Positions 28,108-38,874 of a stretch of 64,000 nucleotides of DNA are shown here, piece after piece (position 1 is the first letter of the stretch; the number at the start of each line of letters is the position of its first letter). The stretch is from an uncultured bacterium (GTDB lineage: Bacteria > Krumholzibacteriota > Krumholzibacteriia > Krumholzibacteriales > Krumholzibacteriaceae). The notes under the pieces are model-generated. The model did no database searches and had not been told where the DNA came from. It saw nothing but the letters and a program-made list of their open reading frames with translations. The stretch spans positions 194,285-258,284 of the forward strand of contig CAWFAD010000011.1 in NCBI GenBank assembly GCA_963813815.1, written 5' to 3'. The position numbers were made by a program, and so were the translations under genes.

Positions 28108-30684
28108 TTACTCGCCCGCCATGTCCCTGAGATCGGAGAGGATTTTGAGCGCGTCGAGCGGGGTAACTCTTTCTATATCTAGGTGTTGCAATCGGCTACG
28201 GATGTGGTCGGACTGCTCGAAAAGAGAGGGTTGGGCCGCCTCCGCCCGCCCCGGAATGGAGCCGGCCGATTTCTCCTTTTCGAGCGCCGCAAGAATTTCG
28301 CCAGCGCGCCGTATCACGGAATCGGGGATGCCGGCGAGACGGGCGACGTGTATTCCGTAGCTGCGGTCGCTCGCCCCCTCGCGAATGGCGTGCAGAAACA
28401 CGATCTCATCCCCCCACTCCCTGACGTCGACGCGGAGATTGCGGGCGTGAGGGTATCGCTCGACGAGCTGGGTCAGCTCGTGGTAATGCGTCGCGAAAAG
28501 CGTCTTGGGCCGGCGCCGCTCGTTCTCGAGCAGGTGCTCGGACACGGCGCAGGCTATGCTCAACCCGTCGAGCGTGCTCGTTCCCCTGCCGATCTCGTCG
28601 AGGATCACGAGGCTCGAAGAGGTGCACTGATGAAGGATCTTGGCCGTCTCCGCCATCTCGACGAGAAACGTGCTCTGTCCGCGCGCGAGATTGTCGCTCG
28701 ATCCCACGCGCGTGAAGATGCGGTCGAGAAGCGATATCGTGGCGCGCGCGGCCGGCACGAAGCTTCCCGCGTGGGCGAGCAGGGCGATGACCGCCGTCTG
28801 CCGGATGTAGGTGGACTTGCCCCCCATGTTGGGGCCCGTTATGAGGAGAAAGGTGCGCTCCCCGCTCCGCAGCTCCGTGTCGTTCGGTATGAAGCTCGTG
28901 CCCGGAGCGAGCTCGACGACGGGATGGCGCCCTTCGGAGATGACGAGATCGCCCGAGTCGTTTATTTCCGGGCGGCAGTAACCGCGCTCGATCGCGATCG
29001 AGGCGAGCGAGGCGAGAACGTCGAGGTCCGCGACCGCGCCCGCGACGGTCTGCACGGCCCGTCCCTCCCGCGCGATCGACTCGCATATCTCGTCGAATAT
29101 CTCGCGCTCGAGCCCGACGCGCCGGCTCTCCGCGGAAAGGATCGCCTGCTCCCGCTCGGTGAGCTCGGGCGTCACATATCGCTGCGACGACACGAGGGTC
29201 TGCTTCCCGATATAATCGAGCGGCGCCTTCGCCGCGTGCAGCCGGGACACCTCGATGTAGTATCCGAACACCTTGTTGTATCCGACCTTGAGCGACGGTA
29301 TGCCGGTGCGCTCCCGCTCCGACTCCTGCAGGCGCGCGATCCACGCCTTTCCTCCCTCCGACTCCTCGATGAGGCGGTCGAGCTCCGGTCGGAACCCCCG
29401 TCGGATGACTCCCCCGTCGCGCAGGTGCGCCGGAGCGCCGGGTTCGATGCCGCGGACGATCGCGTCGCGCGCGTCGATCCGAAGGCCGAGACGCGCTGCC
29501 GCGTCCGCGAGGACGGGCGCGGCGAAACGCCTCGCGGCTTCCGCGATCCCCGGCACGCGTTCGAGCGCCTCGGCGAGGGCGAGGAGGTCGCGAGGCGTCG
29601 CTTTCTTCGCCGTTATGCGGGCGAGCAGGCGCTCGATATCCGGAAACCGCCGGAGGCGCGCATCGAGATCGCGCAGCCCCGACCGGTCGGCGGCGAGCGA
29701 CGCTACGGCCTCGAGACGGCCCTCGATGATCTCCCGGCGCCGCGACGGCCACCGCAGCCGGCGCCGGAGCTCCCTCGCCCCCATCGCCGTCGCGGTGCGG
29801 TCCATATGATGCGCGAGCGTCGTATCGGGGGCGTTGCCGCGCAGGGGCTCGAACACCTCGAGATTGCGCAGCGTCTCCGGATCGAGAAAGAGGCTGTCCT
29901 CCGGGATCACGAGGCGGAGCTCCGTCACATGCGTGAGGGGACTGCGGCGCAGATCCTTGACGTAGGCGAGCAGGGCGCCGGCCGAGGAGAGCGCGAGCTC
30001 GCGATCCTCGAACCCCGGAACGACGGCGCCCTCGCATCCGAAATGCGCCCGGAGCGCCGCGAGCGACGCCCCGCGCTCGAACTCGAGAGGCGGGCGCTCA
30101 TCGACGACGCAGGACGCCGAGAGGGATTTCGCGAGCTCCCGCAGAGGCTCGGCGCCCGCGGGAATGATCGCCTCGCGAAAACGGATTGAGGAGAGCGAGC
30201 GTTCCACGTCCCGCCGGAGCTCCTCTCCCGCGCTGAACTCCCCCGTCGATACGTCGAGTACGGCGAAGCCGATCGCGGCGCCGCGCTCGTTGAGAGATAC
30301 GATGTAGTTGTTCTCGCTGTCGACGAGGGTCGCGGGCGAAAGGGTCGTTCCCGGCGTGACCACGTCCGTCACGAGGCGCCGCACGACGCCGCTCGCGCCC
30401 GGGGTTTCCTCGACCTGATCGCAGACGACGACCGTCCGCCCCGCTTGCAGGAGCTTCGCTATGTAATTTTCCGCCGCGTGCACGGGAACGCCCGCGAGCG
30501 GCACGGGATCGCTGCGATCCCGGTCCCGCGTCGTCAGGGCGATCGAGAGGAGCTTCGAAACCTCCCGCGCGTCGTCATGGAACGTTTCGTAGAAGTCGCC
30601 GACCTGAAAGAGGAGGATGCCGTTCGGGTGCCGGCGCTTGATCTCGTGATACTGGCGCATGAGGGGCGTCAGTCGCTCGCTCAT
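28108..30684 (-). CDS. mutS: DNA mismatch repair protein MutS
   Basis: TPLMRQY, GDFYE, TGPNMGGKST, DEIGRGTST and SYGIHVA. Confidence 0.97.
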   Translation of the reverse strand: MSERLTPLMRQYHEIKRRHPNGILLFQVGDFYETFHDDAREVSKLLSIALTTRDRDRSDPVPLAGVPVHAAENYIAKLLQAGRTVVVCDQVEETPGASGVVRRLVTDVVTPGTTLSPATLVDSENNYIVSLNERGAAIGFAVLDVSTGEFSAGEELRRDVERSLSSIRFREAIIPAGAEPLRELAKSLSASCVVDERPPLEFERGASLAALRAHFGCEGAVVPGFEDRELALSSAGALLAYVKDLRRSPLTHVTELRLVIPEDSLFLDPETLRNLEVFEPLRGNAPDTTLAHHMDRTATAMGARELRRRLRWPSRRREIIEGRLEAVASLAADRSGLRDLDARLRRFPDIERLLARITAKKATPRDLLALAEALERVPGIAEAARRFAAPVLADAAARLGLRIDARDAIVRGIEPGAPAHLRDGGVIRRGFRPELDRLIEESEGGKAWIARLQESERERTGIPSLKVGYNKVFGYYIEVSRLHAAKAPLDYIGKQTLVSSQRYVTPELTEREQAILSAESRRVGLEREIFDEICESIAREGRAVQTVAGAVADLDVLASLASIAIERGYCRPEINDSGDLVISEGRHPVVELAPGTSFIPNDTELRSGERTFLLITGPNMGGKSTYIRQTAVIALLAHAGSFVPAARATISLLDRIFTRVGSSDNLARGQSTFLVEMAETAKILHQCTSSSLVILDEIGRGTSTLDGLSIACAVSEHLLENERRRPKTLFATHYHELTQLVERYPHARNLRVDVREWGDEIVFLHAIREGASDRSYGIHVARLAGIPDSVIRRAGEILAALEKEKSAGSIPGRAEAAQPSLFEQSDHIRSRLQHLDIERVTPLDALKILSDLRDMAGE

Positions 30685-30685
30685 T

Positions 30686-31726
30686 TCACTTCAGGGGGAC
30701 GACGGCTCCGGATACTCCGAGCGTTTCGCGCGCCCGCGCGAGGTCGCGCTCGGCGTCGGCCTTGCTTTCGTACACGCCGGCGCGGACGCGATGCCAGATT
30801 CGCCCCTCCATCTCGACGCTCTCGACGCGAATCGCCGGCACGAGGCCCTCGAGCTTTCGCGCCGAAGCGGCCGCGTTCGCGCGGCTGCCGAAGGCGCCGA
30901 ACTGGATCGTATATCGATCCGCGGAAGGCGCGGTCGGACCGCTCGTGCCGCGCGCTACCCCCCGTTCACCCCCTCCCTCGACGTTTTCCCGCCCTCGCGC
31001 ATCCCTCGCCCTCGAGAGCAGCACCACCTTTTCGGCGGCTTTGGCAGCCTCGAGCGATCTCGGAAGATCCCGCGCAATCGCCCGGTATGTCTCGAGCGCC
31101 CGCTCGGGCAGTCCGCTTCGCTCGTAGCATTCCCCGAGACCGAAACGCGCCACGGGGTGCGCTTCCGTCTTGGCCGCGCGCTCGAAGAGCTCGATGGCGC
31201 GCGGAAAGCGTTTTTCCTCCATCTCCATATCGGCCAGCGCGATGAGGCTCCACGCGCCCAGCTCGCCGCGCGTCACCCGCGCGAACTCGGCGCGCGATCG
31301 AGCCCGATCGTCGATCTGACGCGCGCACAAACCCCGGAAATACGCCGCCTCATCCGCCTCCCGCCCTCCCCGTCCCCCGTGATCGGCGGAGAGGAGATCG
31401 AGAGCGCCGCGGTACTCGCCCTTCGCGTACGCGATCTTGGCGAGTTCGAGGGAAGCCTGCGCCGCCTCGCTACCCGGCCCCTCCACCATGACGCGGCGAT
31501 AGAGATCCTCGGCGCGGCCGGCGTCCGTTTCGAGTCGCGCGAGGAGCAGCAGCGCTTCGCGCAGATCCTCGCCCCGAAGCGAGGCCGTATCGGCGGCTGC
31601 GGCGCGCTTCGCCGCGGCGTACTCGGTCCGTTTCGCGAGATCCGCGGCCGACTTGAGCCCCGCCCCTGCGGCCGCCGCGGCAACGATCGTTCCCGCGACG
31701 CCTGCGATGATTACGGCACGTTTCAT
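30686..31726 (-). CDS. TPR + SPOR domain periplasmic protein
   Basis: Signal peptide, TPR-like helices and the SPOR motif YTIQFGAF...WHRVRAG. Confidence 0.85.
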   Translation of the reverse strand: MKRAVIIAGVAGTIVAAAAAGAGLKSAADLAKRTEYAAAKRAAAADTASLRGEDLREALLLLARLETDAGRAEDLYRRVMVEGPGSEAAQASLELAKIAYAKGEYRGALDLLSADHGGRGGREADEAAYFRGLCARQIDDRARSRAEFARVTRGELGAWSLIALADMEMEEKRFPRAIELFERAAKTEAHPVARFGLGECYERSGLPERALETYRAIARDLPRSLEAAKAAEKVVLLSRARDARGRENVEGGGERGVARGTSGPTAPSADRYTIQFGAFGSRANAAASARKLEGLVPAIRVESVEMEGRIWHRVRAGVYESKADAERDLARARETLGVSGAVVPLK

Positions 31727-31770
31727 ATGCGGTACGCCGGCGGAGCGCCGCTTCGGCCCTTCCCCGGACT

Positions 31771-33078
31771 TCATGGAGCCGTAGCGGGCTCCGCTTCGAA
31801 GGTGAAATTGACGAGGCGCGACAGAACCACGTGGACTCTATCGCCCGCCGCGAGGGAATCGCCTCTCACGAAGACGTTTCTGAACTGCGGCGTTCTCCCC
31901 TTCCATCGGCGAGTCTCCCCCTTCTCGACGGCACCGTCAAGGAGGATTTCCGCAGTCGAGCCGAGCTGCGAGCGGAGGATGCGCCCGCGCTCGCCCTGCA
32001 CGGTCTCATTCAACAGGTGGAGACGCAATTTCTTTTCGGCGGCCGGAACGTCGTCGGGGAGCGATGCCGCGGCCGTGCCGTCGCGCGGAGAATACATGAA
32101 GGTGAACGCCGAATCGAATCCCGCCCGCCGGACGAGATCGAGCGTATCCTCGAACTCGCGCGGGCCTTCCCCCGGAAACCCGACGATGATGTCGCTCGTC
32201 ACGGCGATATCGGGAACGCGGGAGCGCGCGTCATCGAGAAGGGCGAGATATCGCGCCCGCGAATAGCCTCGGTTCATCGCCGCGAGAACGCGGTCGTTTC
32301 CGGATTGAACGGGGAGGTGGATATGCGGGCACAACCGCGGCTCCGCGGCCATGAGATCGAAGAGATCTCCGCCGACGTCCCGCGGATGGCTCGTGAGAAA
32401 CCGGAGACGCGCGATTCCCGTCCCGGCGAGTATGCGGCGCACGAGCGCGTTGAAATCCGCGTCTCCATCGCGGTACCGGATGACGTTCTGTCCGAGAAGC
32501 GTTATTTCGCGCGCGCCGCCCGACTCGAGGGAAGAGATCTCCCGGACGATGGAGGACGCGGAGCGGCTGCGCACCGGCCCGCGCAGATACGGAACGATGC
32601 AGTACGAGCAGTAGCTCTCGCATCCGCGCGTGATGGCCACGTAGCGCGACACGCCTCCCTCCTCGGGGACCGGCCCGAGCCCGTACACTGTTTCGTCGTT
32701 CCGGTCGAGCAGGGCGATGCGCTCTCCGGTCGCGAGCGTGAGCTCGATCGCGCCGGGAAGACTCGCATAGGAGTCGGTCCCGGCTATCACGCGCACGAAC
32801 GGGACCGTTTCAAAGAGCCCCATGCCGAGTCGCTGGGCCATGCATCCGCAGACGACGAGCGCCGCCTGGCGGTGGCGCGAAAGATCGCAGAGGCGGCCGA
32901 TGGCGCGCCGCTCCGCGTGATCGCGCACGCTGCACGTATTGACGATGATGCAGTCCGCCTCGTCCGGCGTCTCCACGGGACGTCCGCCCCGCTCGACGAG
33001 GAGCGACGAGATGGCCTCCGTCTCGTAGGCGTTCATCTGGCAGCCGAAGCTCTCGGTGTAGAAGGATATGGATCTCAT
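31771..33078 (-). CDS. miaB: tRNA i6A37 methylthiotransferase MiaB
   Basis: FGCQMN, NTCSVR, GC...CSYCIVP, TSHPRD and a TRAM domain. Confidence 0.93.
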   Translation of the reverse strand: MRSISFYTESFGCQMNAYETEAISSLLVERGGRPVETPDEADCIIVNTCSVRDHAERRAIGRLCDLSRHRQAALVVCGCMAQRLGMGLFETVPFVRVIAGTDSYASLPGAIELTLATGERIALLDRNDETVYGLGPVPEEGGVSRYVAITRGCESYCSYCIVPYLRGPVRSRSASSIVREISSLESGGAREITLLGQNVIRYRDGDADFNALVRRILAGTGIARLRFLTSHPRDVGGDLFDLMAAEPRLCPHIHLPVQSGNDRVLAAMNRGYSRARYLALLDDARSRVPDIAVTSDIIVGFPGEGPREFEDTLDLVRRAGFDSAFTFMYSPRDGTAAASLPDDVPAAEKKLRLHLLNETVQGERGRILRSQLGSTAEILLDGAVEKGETRRWKGRTPQFRNVFVRGDSLAAGDRVHVVLSRLVNFTFEAEPATAP

Positions 33079-34433
33079 GATTCGATCGCGGCCTCCCGTT
33101 CCGTCGCGGCGCCGCCGCCGTCCGCGAGCTCGCCGTAGAGCTTGCCGCGCGAAGCGCGCGTGACGCGAACCCGGACGAGCGATCGCTCGGGAGCCGCGCC
33201 GCGGGGAATGAGCACCTCGCAGTAGTTCCCGGTGAGCGACCGTGAGAGGCGGGGCGCGCCGCGGGGCGGAGCCTCGACGACGACGAGATGGACGGTCCCG
33301 ATTTGCGAGCTCTCGAAGGCGAGCCGCTTCCGCTTTCCGATATCGATGAGCGCCCCCCCGCGCCGCTTTTTATCGGCGCCGCCCACCTGTCCCCGCATCG
33401 TCGCCGCGGCGGTCGACGGCCGGGGCGAATAGTTGAACACGTGGAGATACGAGAGCGGCAGATCCCGTACGAGCGCGGCGGTGCGTTCGAACGCCTCCTC
33501 CGTCTCCCCCGGAAACCCGACGATGACGTCCGTGCCGACGGCCGCTCCGGGCACCTCGCGCAAGATGGTCTCGACGGTATCGCGGAATAGCCCGGCCCGG
33601 TAGGGACGGTTCATCGCCCGCAGCACGTCATCGTCCCCGCTCTGCAGCGGAACGTGAAAATGCGGCGCAACTCTCCCGTTCCCGCCCGCGAGCGCCAGGA
33701 GTCGAGCCGTCACTTCCGTCGGTTCGACGCTGCTGAGCCGGAGCCGCGGGATCCCCGTGCGCGAGACGACGAGCTCGACGAGGGCGGCGAGCGAGGTCGC
33801 CGGCGAGAGATCGACCCCGTAGCGCCCGATGTGAACGCCCGTCAGCACGATCTCGCTGTACCCCGAGGCGCGGAGGGTCTCGATCTGGGCGACGACCGCC
33901 TCCGGAGCGACGCTCCTGCTCGTCCCGCGCGCGAGCGGAACGATGCAGTAGGCGCAGGAGTCGCTGCATCCTTCTTGAATCTTGACGAAGGCCCTCGCGT
34001 GTCCGAGAAAGCCGTCGATCGGGGCGAACGCCGCGGGCCCGTCCGTTCGCCCCGCGGCGAGCCACCGCGATTCATCCGCGCTCCGCCCCGACGCGATCCC
34101 CTCGAGGATCGCGGGAAGCGATCCTTTTTCGGCGTTTCCGACAACGAGATCGACCTCGGCCATGCCGGCGAGGCGCCCCGGCTGCGTCTCGGCGTAGCAC
34201 CCCGCGACGACGATGAGCGAGCCCGGGGCGAGCCTCCGCGCCCTTCTCGCCGCCGCGCGGCAGCGGGCGTCGCTCCGCCCCGTCACGGTGCAAGAGTTTA
34301 TGACGTAGACCGCGGCGCGCTCGTCGAAGCGCCGGTGCTCCCACGATGCGCGCACGAGCGCCTGCCGAATGCACTCCGACTCGAACTGGTTGAGCTTGCA
34401 GCCCACGGTGTGAATGGAGAACGTTCTGTCCAT
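33075..34433 (-). CDS. mtaB: tRNA t6A37 methylthiotransferase MtaB
   Basis: GCKLNQFES, NSCTVT, KIQEGC, LTGVHIG.YG and RLSSVEP. Confidence 0.92.
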   Translation of the reverse strand: MDRTFSIHTVGCKLNQFESECIRQALVRASWEHRRFDERAAVYVINSCTVTGRSDARCRAAARRARRLAPGSLIVVAGCYAETQPGRLAGMAEVDLVVGNAEKGSLPAILEGIASGRSADESRWLAAGRTDGPAAFAPIDGFLGHARAFVKIQEGCSDSCAYCIVPLARGTSRSVAPEAVVAQIETLRASGYSEIVLTGVHIGRYGVDLSPATSLAALVELVVSRTGIPRLRLSSVEPTEVTARLLALAGGNGRVAPHFHVPLQSGDDDVLRAMNRPYRAGLFRDTVETILREVPGAAVGTDVIVGFPGETEEAFERTAALVRDLPLSYLHVFNYSPRPSTAAATMRGQVGGADKKRRGGALIDIGKRKRLAFESSQIGTVHLVVVEAPPRGAPRLSRSLTGNYCEVLIPRGAAPERSLVRVRVTRASRGKLYGELADGGGAATEREAAIES

Positions 34434-34586
34434 GATCTCGCCCCCGGGCGGACGTTTCGGCGCGGCCGACCCGTTTCGGCCGGAAACGGCGAGAGGGTGG
34501 AACGCCACCCTCTCGCGCACGATACGCTCTTCGAGACCGCGGACGGGATCGCGGGTTCGATCGCCGCCCCCGCGTCCGCGCCGCCG

Positions 34587-36524
34587 TCAGGAGCCGGAGG
34601 CCGGGCCGCCTTCCCCGCCGGGAAGCGGCTCTTCGTCGCCGAAATCCTCGTCATCGACGATATCCGGCATCGTTTCGTCGCCACCCTCGTCGCCCGATCC
34701 GCCCTGTCCGCCGCTGCCCTCCTCGCCCGCGTCATCGCCCGCCGATTCCCGTCTCGGGAAGGCGCGCTGGAAGGCGTCGATTTCCTCGGAGCCCTTGCCC
34801 TCGAGATAGGCGTTCACGCTGAGAACAATTCGCTTGTTCTGCGGATCGATCTTGATCACCTTGAGCGGAATGTCCATTCCCATATCGAAGTGATCGGACG
34901 GCTTGCGGAGGTTATCGATGCCGAGGTGCGAAAGCGGAACGAACCCCTCGACGTCGTCCTTGAGCTCCACGACCGCTCCGCGGTCGAGAAGCCGCGTCAC
35001 GCGCCCCTTGAGCTCCGTGCCGACGTTGAACTCCTTCGCGAGCTCGTTCCACGGATTCTCCCTGATCTGCTTCATGCCGAGACTGATGCGCCGCTTGCCG
35101 CTGTCGATCTCGAGCACGACGACCTCGAGCTCGTCACCCTTGCGAACCGCCTCCGAGGGATGGCGCACCCGCTTCGCCCAGGACATATCCGAGATGTGCA
35201 CGAGGCCGTCGATGCCGTCCTCGATCTCCACGAACGCGCCGAAGTTCGTGAGGTTGCGGACCTTGCCCCGCAGGCGCGTCCCGGGCGGATACTTGTTCTC
35301 GAGCGCTTTCCAAGGATCGGGCTCGAGCTGTTTGAGGCCGAGGGAAATCTTTTCGTGTTCCTTGTCGACGTTGAGCACGATCGCCTCCACCGTGTCGCCG
35401 ATGGCAACGACCTTGGAGGGATGCTTCACGTGCCGCGTCCATGACATCTCGGAGATGTGAATGAGCCCCTCGATTCCTCTCTCGAGCTCCACGAACGCGC
35501 CGTAGTCGGTGATCGAAACGATCTTGCCGCGCACCTTCGCCCCGCTCGAGAAGCGCTGGTCCACGCCCTCCCACGGATACGGGGTGAGCTGCTTGAGGCC
35601 GAGGGAAATGCGCTCCCGCTCACGGTCGAAGTCGAGGATCTTGATCTTGAGCTTGTCGCCGATCGCGACAACTTCCGACGGGTGGCTCACGCGGCCCCAG
35701 GTGAGATCGGTGAGGTGAAGAAGGCCATCGATCCCGCCGAGGTCGACGAAGGCTCCGAAATCGGTGATATTCTTGACGACGCCCTCGCGCTCCTCGCCGA
35801 CGGTGAGCTCGGCCAGAAGTTTTTTCTTTTTCTCGTCGCGCTCTTCCTCGAGAACGACGCGGCGGGAAACGACGATGTTGCGGCGCCGCTTGTTGAGCTT
35901 GATGATCTTGCAGTCGAGATCCTTGCCGATGAGGTCGTCGAGATCGGGCACCTGCCGGAGAGCTATCTGCGATCCCGGCAGGAACGCATCGACGCCCATC
36001 AGCTTCACGACGAGACCGCCCTTGATGCGGTGATCGACGCGGGCGCTGACGGTCTTGCGATCGTCGTACGCGTTCTTGATGTCGTCCCAGGCCTTGATGA
36101 AGTCGGCCTTTTCCTTCGAGAGAACGATGAGGCCGTCCTGATTCTCCATCTTCTCGAGGTACACGTCGAAGATGTCTCCCTTCGAGACCGTCTGGACGTT
36201 GGAGAACTCGGCGATCGGAATGGAGCCCTCGCTCTTGAATCCGACGTTCAGGATGACCTCGTTCGTCGTAACCTCGTATACCGTGCCCTTGACGATATTG
36301 CCTTCCTGAAGCTCCTCGGCCTTGCGGCTGATGTCGCTCAGGATGCTCTCCCAGTCGGCCCCCCCATCCTCGATCTCCGAGGGTTCCTCGGACCCGACTT
36401 TCTCGAACAGACCGCTGAGGTACGTCCGGGAAGGAACCGCGGCGCCGTGCTCACCACCTTTCTGTATGGATTGTTCCGGCATTGCGCCGGCGCCTTTTAC
36501 GTCTCCACTTTTTTCTTCTAACAT
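34587..36524 (-). CDS. rpsA: 30S ribosomal protein S1
   Basis: Six S1 domains (FGAFV, DGLVHISDMSW) plus N-terminal and acidic C-terminal extensions. Confidence 0.96.
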   Translation of the reverse strand: MLEEKSGDVKGAGAMPEQSIQKGGEHGAAVPSRTYLSGLFEKVGSEEPSEIEDGGADWESILSDISRKAEELQEGNIVKGTVYEVTTNEVILNVGFKSEGSIPIAEFSNVQTVSKGDIFDVYLEKMENQDGLIVLSKEKADFIKAWDDIKNAYDDRKTVSARVDHRIKGGLVVKLMGVDAFLPGSQIALRQVPDLDDLIGKDLDCKIIKLNKRRRNIVVSRRVVLEEERDEKKKKLLAELTVGEEREGVVKNITDFGAFVDLGGIDGLLHLTDLTWGRVSHPSEVVAIGDKLKIKILDFDRERERISLGLKQLTPYPWEGVDQRFSSGAKVRGKIVSITDYGAFVELERGIEGLIHISEMSWTRHVKHPSKVVAIGDTVEAIVLNVDKEHEKISLGLKQLEPDPWKALENKYPPGTRLRGKVRNLTNFGAFVEIEDGIDGLVHISDMSWAKRVRHPSEAVRKGDELEVVVLEIDSGKRRISLGMKQIRENPWNELAKEFNVGTELKGRVTRLLDRGAVVELKDDVEGFVPLSHLGIDNLRKPSDHFDMGMDIPLKVIKIDPQNKRIVLSVNAYLEGKGSEEIDAFQRAFPRRESAGDDAGEEGSGGQGGSGDEGGDETMPDIVDDEDFGDEEPLPGGEGGPASGS

Positions 36525-36613
36525 TAACTGCTCTCCTCCTGTCTGAATGGATTCCGGATGAACAAATATGATAATCGGTTAGGCTATGGGGCGCAAGGGA
36601 TATCTTGGGCCGG

Positions 36614-37468
36614 TCAGGACCCTTCGCGGGGGGCGCCGGAGAGGCGCTCAACGACCTCTTCGATGAGCCAGTCGGGCGTCGATGTCCCCGTGACGAGCCC
36701 GATCCGTTCGGCCGTGGCGAAGGCCACCGGATCGACGTCCGCCGGGGATTCGACGAGGCGCGCCTTGAGCCCAGTGCCGGCGCAGGCCTCGAGCAGACGT
36801 CTCGTGTTGGAGCTGTTGCTTCCCCCGATGACGAGCATGACGTCCACGCGTCTCGCGAGCTCGAGGGCCGCCTTCCGCCGGGATTCGGTCGCCTCGCAGA
36901 TCGTATCGTGCACGAGCAAATCCCCCGCCCTCGCTCGCAGCGCCTCGATGACCCGCTCCGCCTCCGGACGCGGGAACGTCGTCTGAATCACCACGCCGGC
37001 GCTCTCGACGGATTCCACGGACGCGGCTTCCCCGGGGCTCGGAACGATGATGGCGCCCGCCCCCGCGTGCCCGGCGACCGACTGGACCTCGGGGTGGGAC
37101 GGATCGCCGACGATGATCACGCGGCGGCCTTCCTCCGCGAGCCGCCGCGCGAAATCCTGGCTCCGGCGGACGAAGGGGCAGGTGGCGTCGAGGATGCGGA
37201 TCCGGCGCCTCTCCGCCTCCCGCAGAAGATCGGGGTGCACGCCGTGCGCCCTGATCACGAGAGTGCCCCCTTCTGGAACCTCCGCGATTGATCCGGCCGG
37301 CAACACGCCGCGCGCGCGGAGCCGCTCGACCTCCGGCGGATTGTGAATGACGTCGCCGAGCGTGTAAATGGGAGCGCCGTACTTCGCGAGCCCCTCCTCG
37401 ATGAGCCGCATCGCGCGCTTGACGCCGAAGCAGTAGCCTATGTGGGGCGATCTGATGATGTCAATCAC
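36614..37468 (-). CDS. ispH: 4-hydroxy-3-methylbut-2-enyl diphosphate reductase
   Basis: GYCFGVKRA, IHN, RAHG, DATCPFV, TICEAT and NSSNT. Confidence 0.96.
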   Translation of the reverse strand: MIDIIRSPHIGYCFGVKRAMRLIEEGLAKYGAPIYTLGDVIHNPPEVERLRARGVLPAGSIAEVPEGGTLVIRAHGVHPDLLREAERRRIRILDATCPFVRRSQDFARRLAEEGRRVIIVGDPSHPEVQSVAGHAGAGAIIVPSPGEAASVESVESAGVVIQTTFPRPEAERVIEALRARAGDLLVHDTICEATESRRKAALELARRVDVMLVIGGSNSSNTRRLLEACAGTGLKARLVESPADVDPVAFATAERIGLVTGTSTPDWLIEEVVERLSGAPREGS

Positions 37469-38864
37469 TCGACTCGTCCCTCAGCATTTCGAGCTCGCTC
37501 GCCACCATGGCCGCGAGAATCCGGTACTCGCTCTTACGATCGCCGCCGAGGCGATCCGGCCGTACCCGGATCGGCGGCCCGATGATCACGCGCAGCGCCC
37601 GCCGCCGGAGGAAGCAGCGGCCGAGCTCGTTCGTTCCCGCGACGTACACCGGCACGATGGCCGCGCCGGAAGCGACGCCGGTGTAGCCGAGCCCCGGCTT
37701 GAGCGGGCGAAGCTCGCCGGTTCGCGAGCGCGTCCCTTCCGGGAACATGAGGAGAGAGCCGCCGGCGGATAGAATCCCGAACATCCGCTTCATCGTCTTT
37801 CGCTCGATCTCCTCGCGGTCGACCGGTATCGCGTGGTAGGCGCCGATGAGCCTCGCGAAGGCCCTGTTGCGGAAAAGCTCCTTCTTCGCCAGAAACCACA
37901 CCTCGCGGTCGAGGGCGCACCCAACGACGGGAGGATCGGCGTACGAAATATGGTTGCTCGCGAAGATGTAGTTCTCCCGATGCCGCAGGTGCTCCTCACC
38001 GCGGACCTCGAGGCCGAACACGCCGCCGAAAAACCCCCTGACGAGGGCCCGGGACACCCGATAGTAGGGCCGCATCCGAGCGAAGGGGTTGCGCTCGCCC
38101 TCGCCGACGGCGACGCCCGCGAGGCGTTCGACCTCGAGGCGCACCTCGTTCTCGATGAGGCCCACCTGCTCCTCGACGGTGAGATTCGAGGTGTCGACGT
38201 CGAAAGCCCCCGCCGGGCGGACGAGCGGGCTCGTGGCGCGGCCGGAGTCCATGGCGTCCCGCGACCGGATATTTTCGCGTATTTCATCGATGCCGCGGGG
38301 CATGCCGAGCGCCTCGAGCTGAGCCTCCCGCCGCCGCGCGCGGGCCTCCGCGTCGGCGACGAGAAAGACCCTCACGGCCGCAAACGGGAAAACGACCGAG
38401 CCCGTGTCGCGCCCCTCGGCGACGACCCCTCCGCGCCCCCCCGCGCGCCGCTGCAACCTCACCATGGCCCGCCGAACTCCCGCGTGGGCGCTCACCGGCG
38501 AGACGAGCCGGGAAACCTCCGGGCCGCGGATCTCGCGGTCGACGTTTCTGCCGTCGAGAAAAACCGAGAGCCCCTCGGCCGAGCCGCGGAGCTCGATCGC
38601 CGCCGTCCGCGCGAGCCGCGCGGCCGCCTCCCCGTCGGAGGGATCCACTCCCCGCTCGATCGCCGCAAGGGTAACGGCGCGGTACATCGCGCCCGTGTCG
38701 AGGTAGGTGAATCCGAGACGCCGCGCGAGAATCGACGCGGTCGTGCTCTTCCCCGAACCCGCCGGCCCGTCGATCGTCACGACGACGCCGCCCGGAGGAG
38801 AACCGCTTCCCCCGCATGGAATCCCGCCGTTCGACGCCCGGTTTGATGTCAGATCAGCGCTCAC
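37461..38864 (-). CDS. cmk: Cytidylate kinase fused to a PlsC-type acyltransferase
   Basis: IDGPAGSGKST/DTGAMYR/EGRD followed in frame by NHISYAD/FLAKKEL/FPEGTRS. Start uncertain. Confidence 0.92.
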   Translation of the reverse strand: MSADLTSNRASNGGIPCGGSGSPPGGVVVTIDGPAGSGKSTTASILARRLGFTYLDTGAMYRAVTLAAIERGVDPSDGEAAARLARTAAIELRGSAEGLSVFLDGRNVDREIRGPEVSRLVSPVSAHAGVRRAMVRLQRRAGGRGGVVAEGRDTGSVVFPFAAVRVFLVADAEARARRREAQLEALGMPRGIDEIRENIRSRDAMDSGRATSPLVRPAGAFDVDTSNLTVEEQVGLIENEVRLEVERLAGVAVGEGERNPFARMRPYYRVSRALVRGFFGGVFGLEVRGEEHLRHRENYIFASNHISYADPPVVGCALDREVWFLAKKELFRNRAFARLIGAYHAIPVDREEIERKTMKRMFGILSAGGSLLMFPEGTRSRTGELRPLKPGLGYTGVASGAAIVPVYVAGTNELGRCFLRRRALRVIIGPPIRVRPDRLGGDRKSEYRILAAMVASELEMLRDESSD

Positions 38865-38874
38865 GATGGCCGAC

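Noticed and set aside
25669..30189. Very long + strand ORFs (785 aa, 668 aa and similar elsewhere)
   Set aside because: Antisense shadows of real genes in high-GC DNA, with no recognisable motifs.
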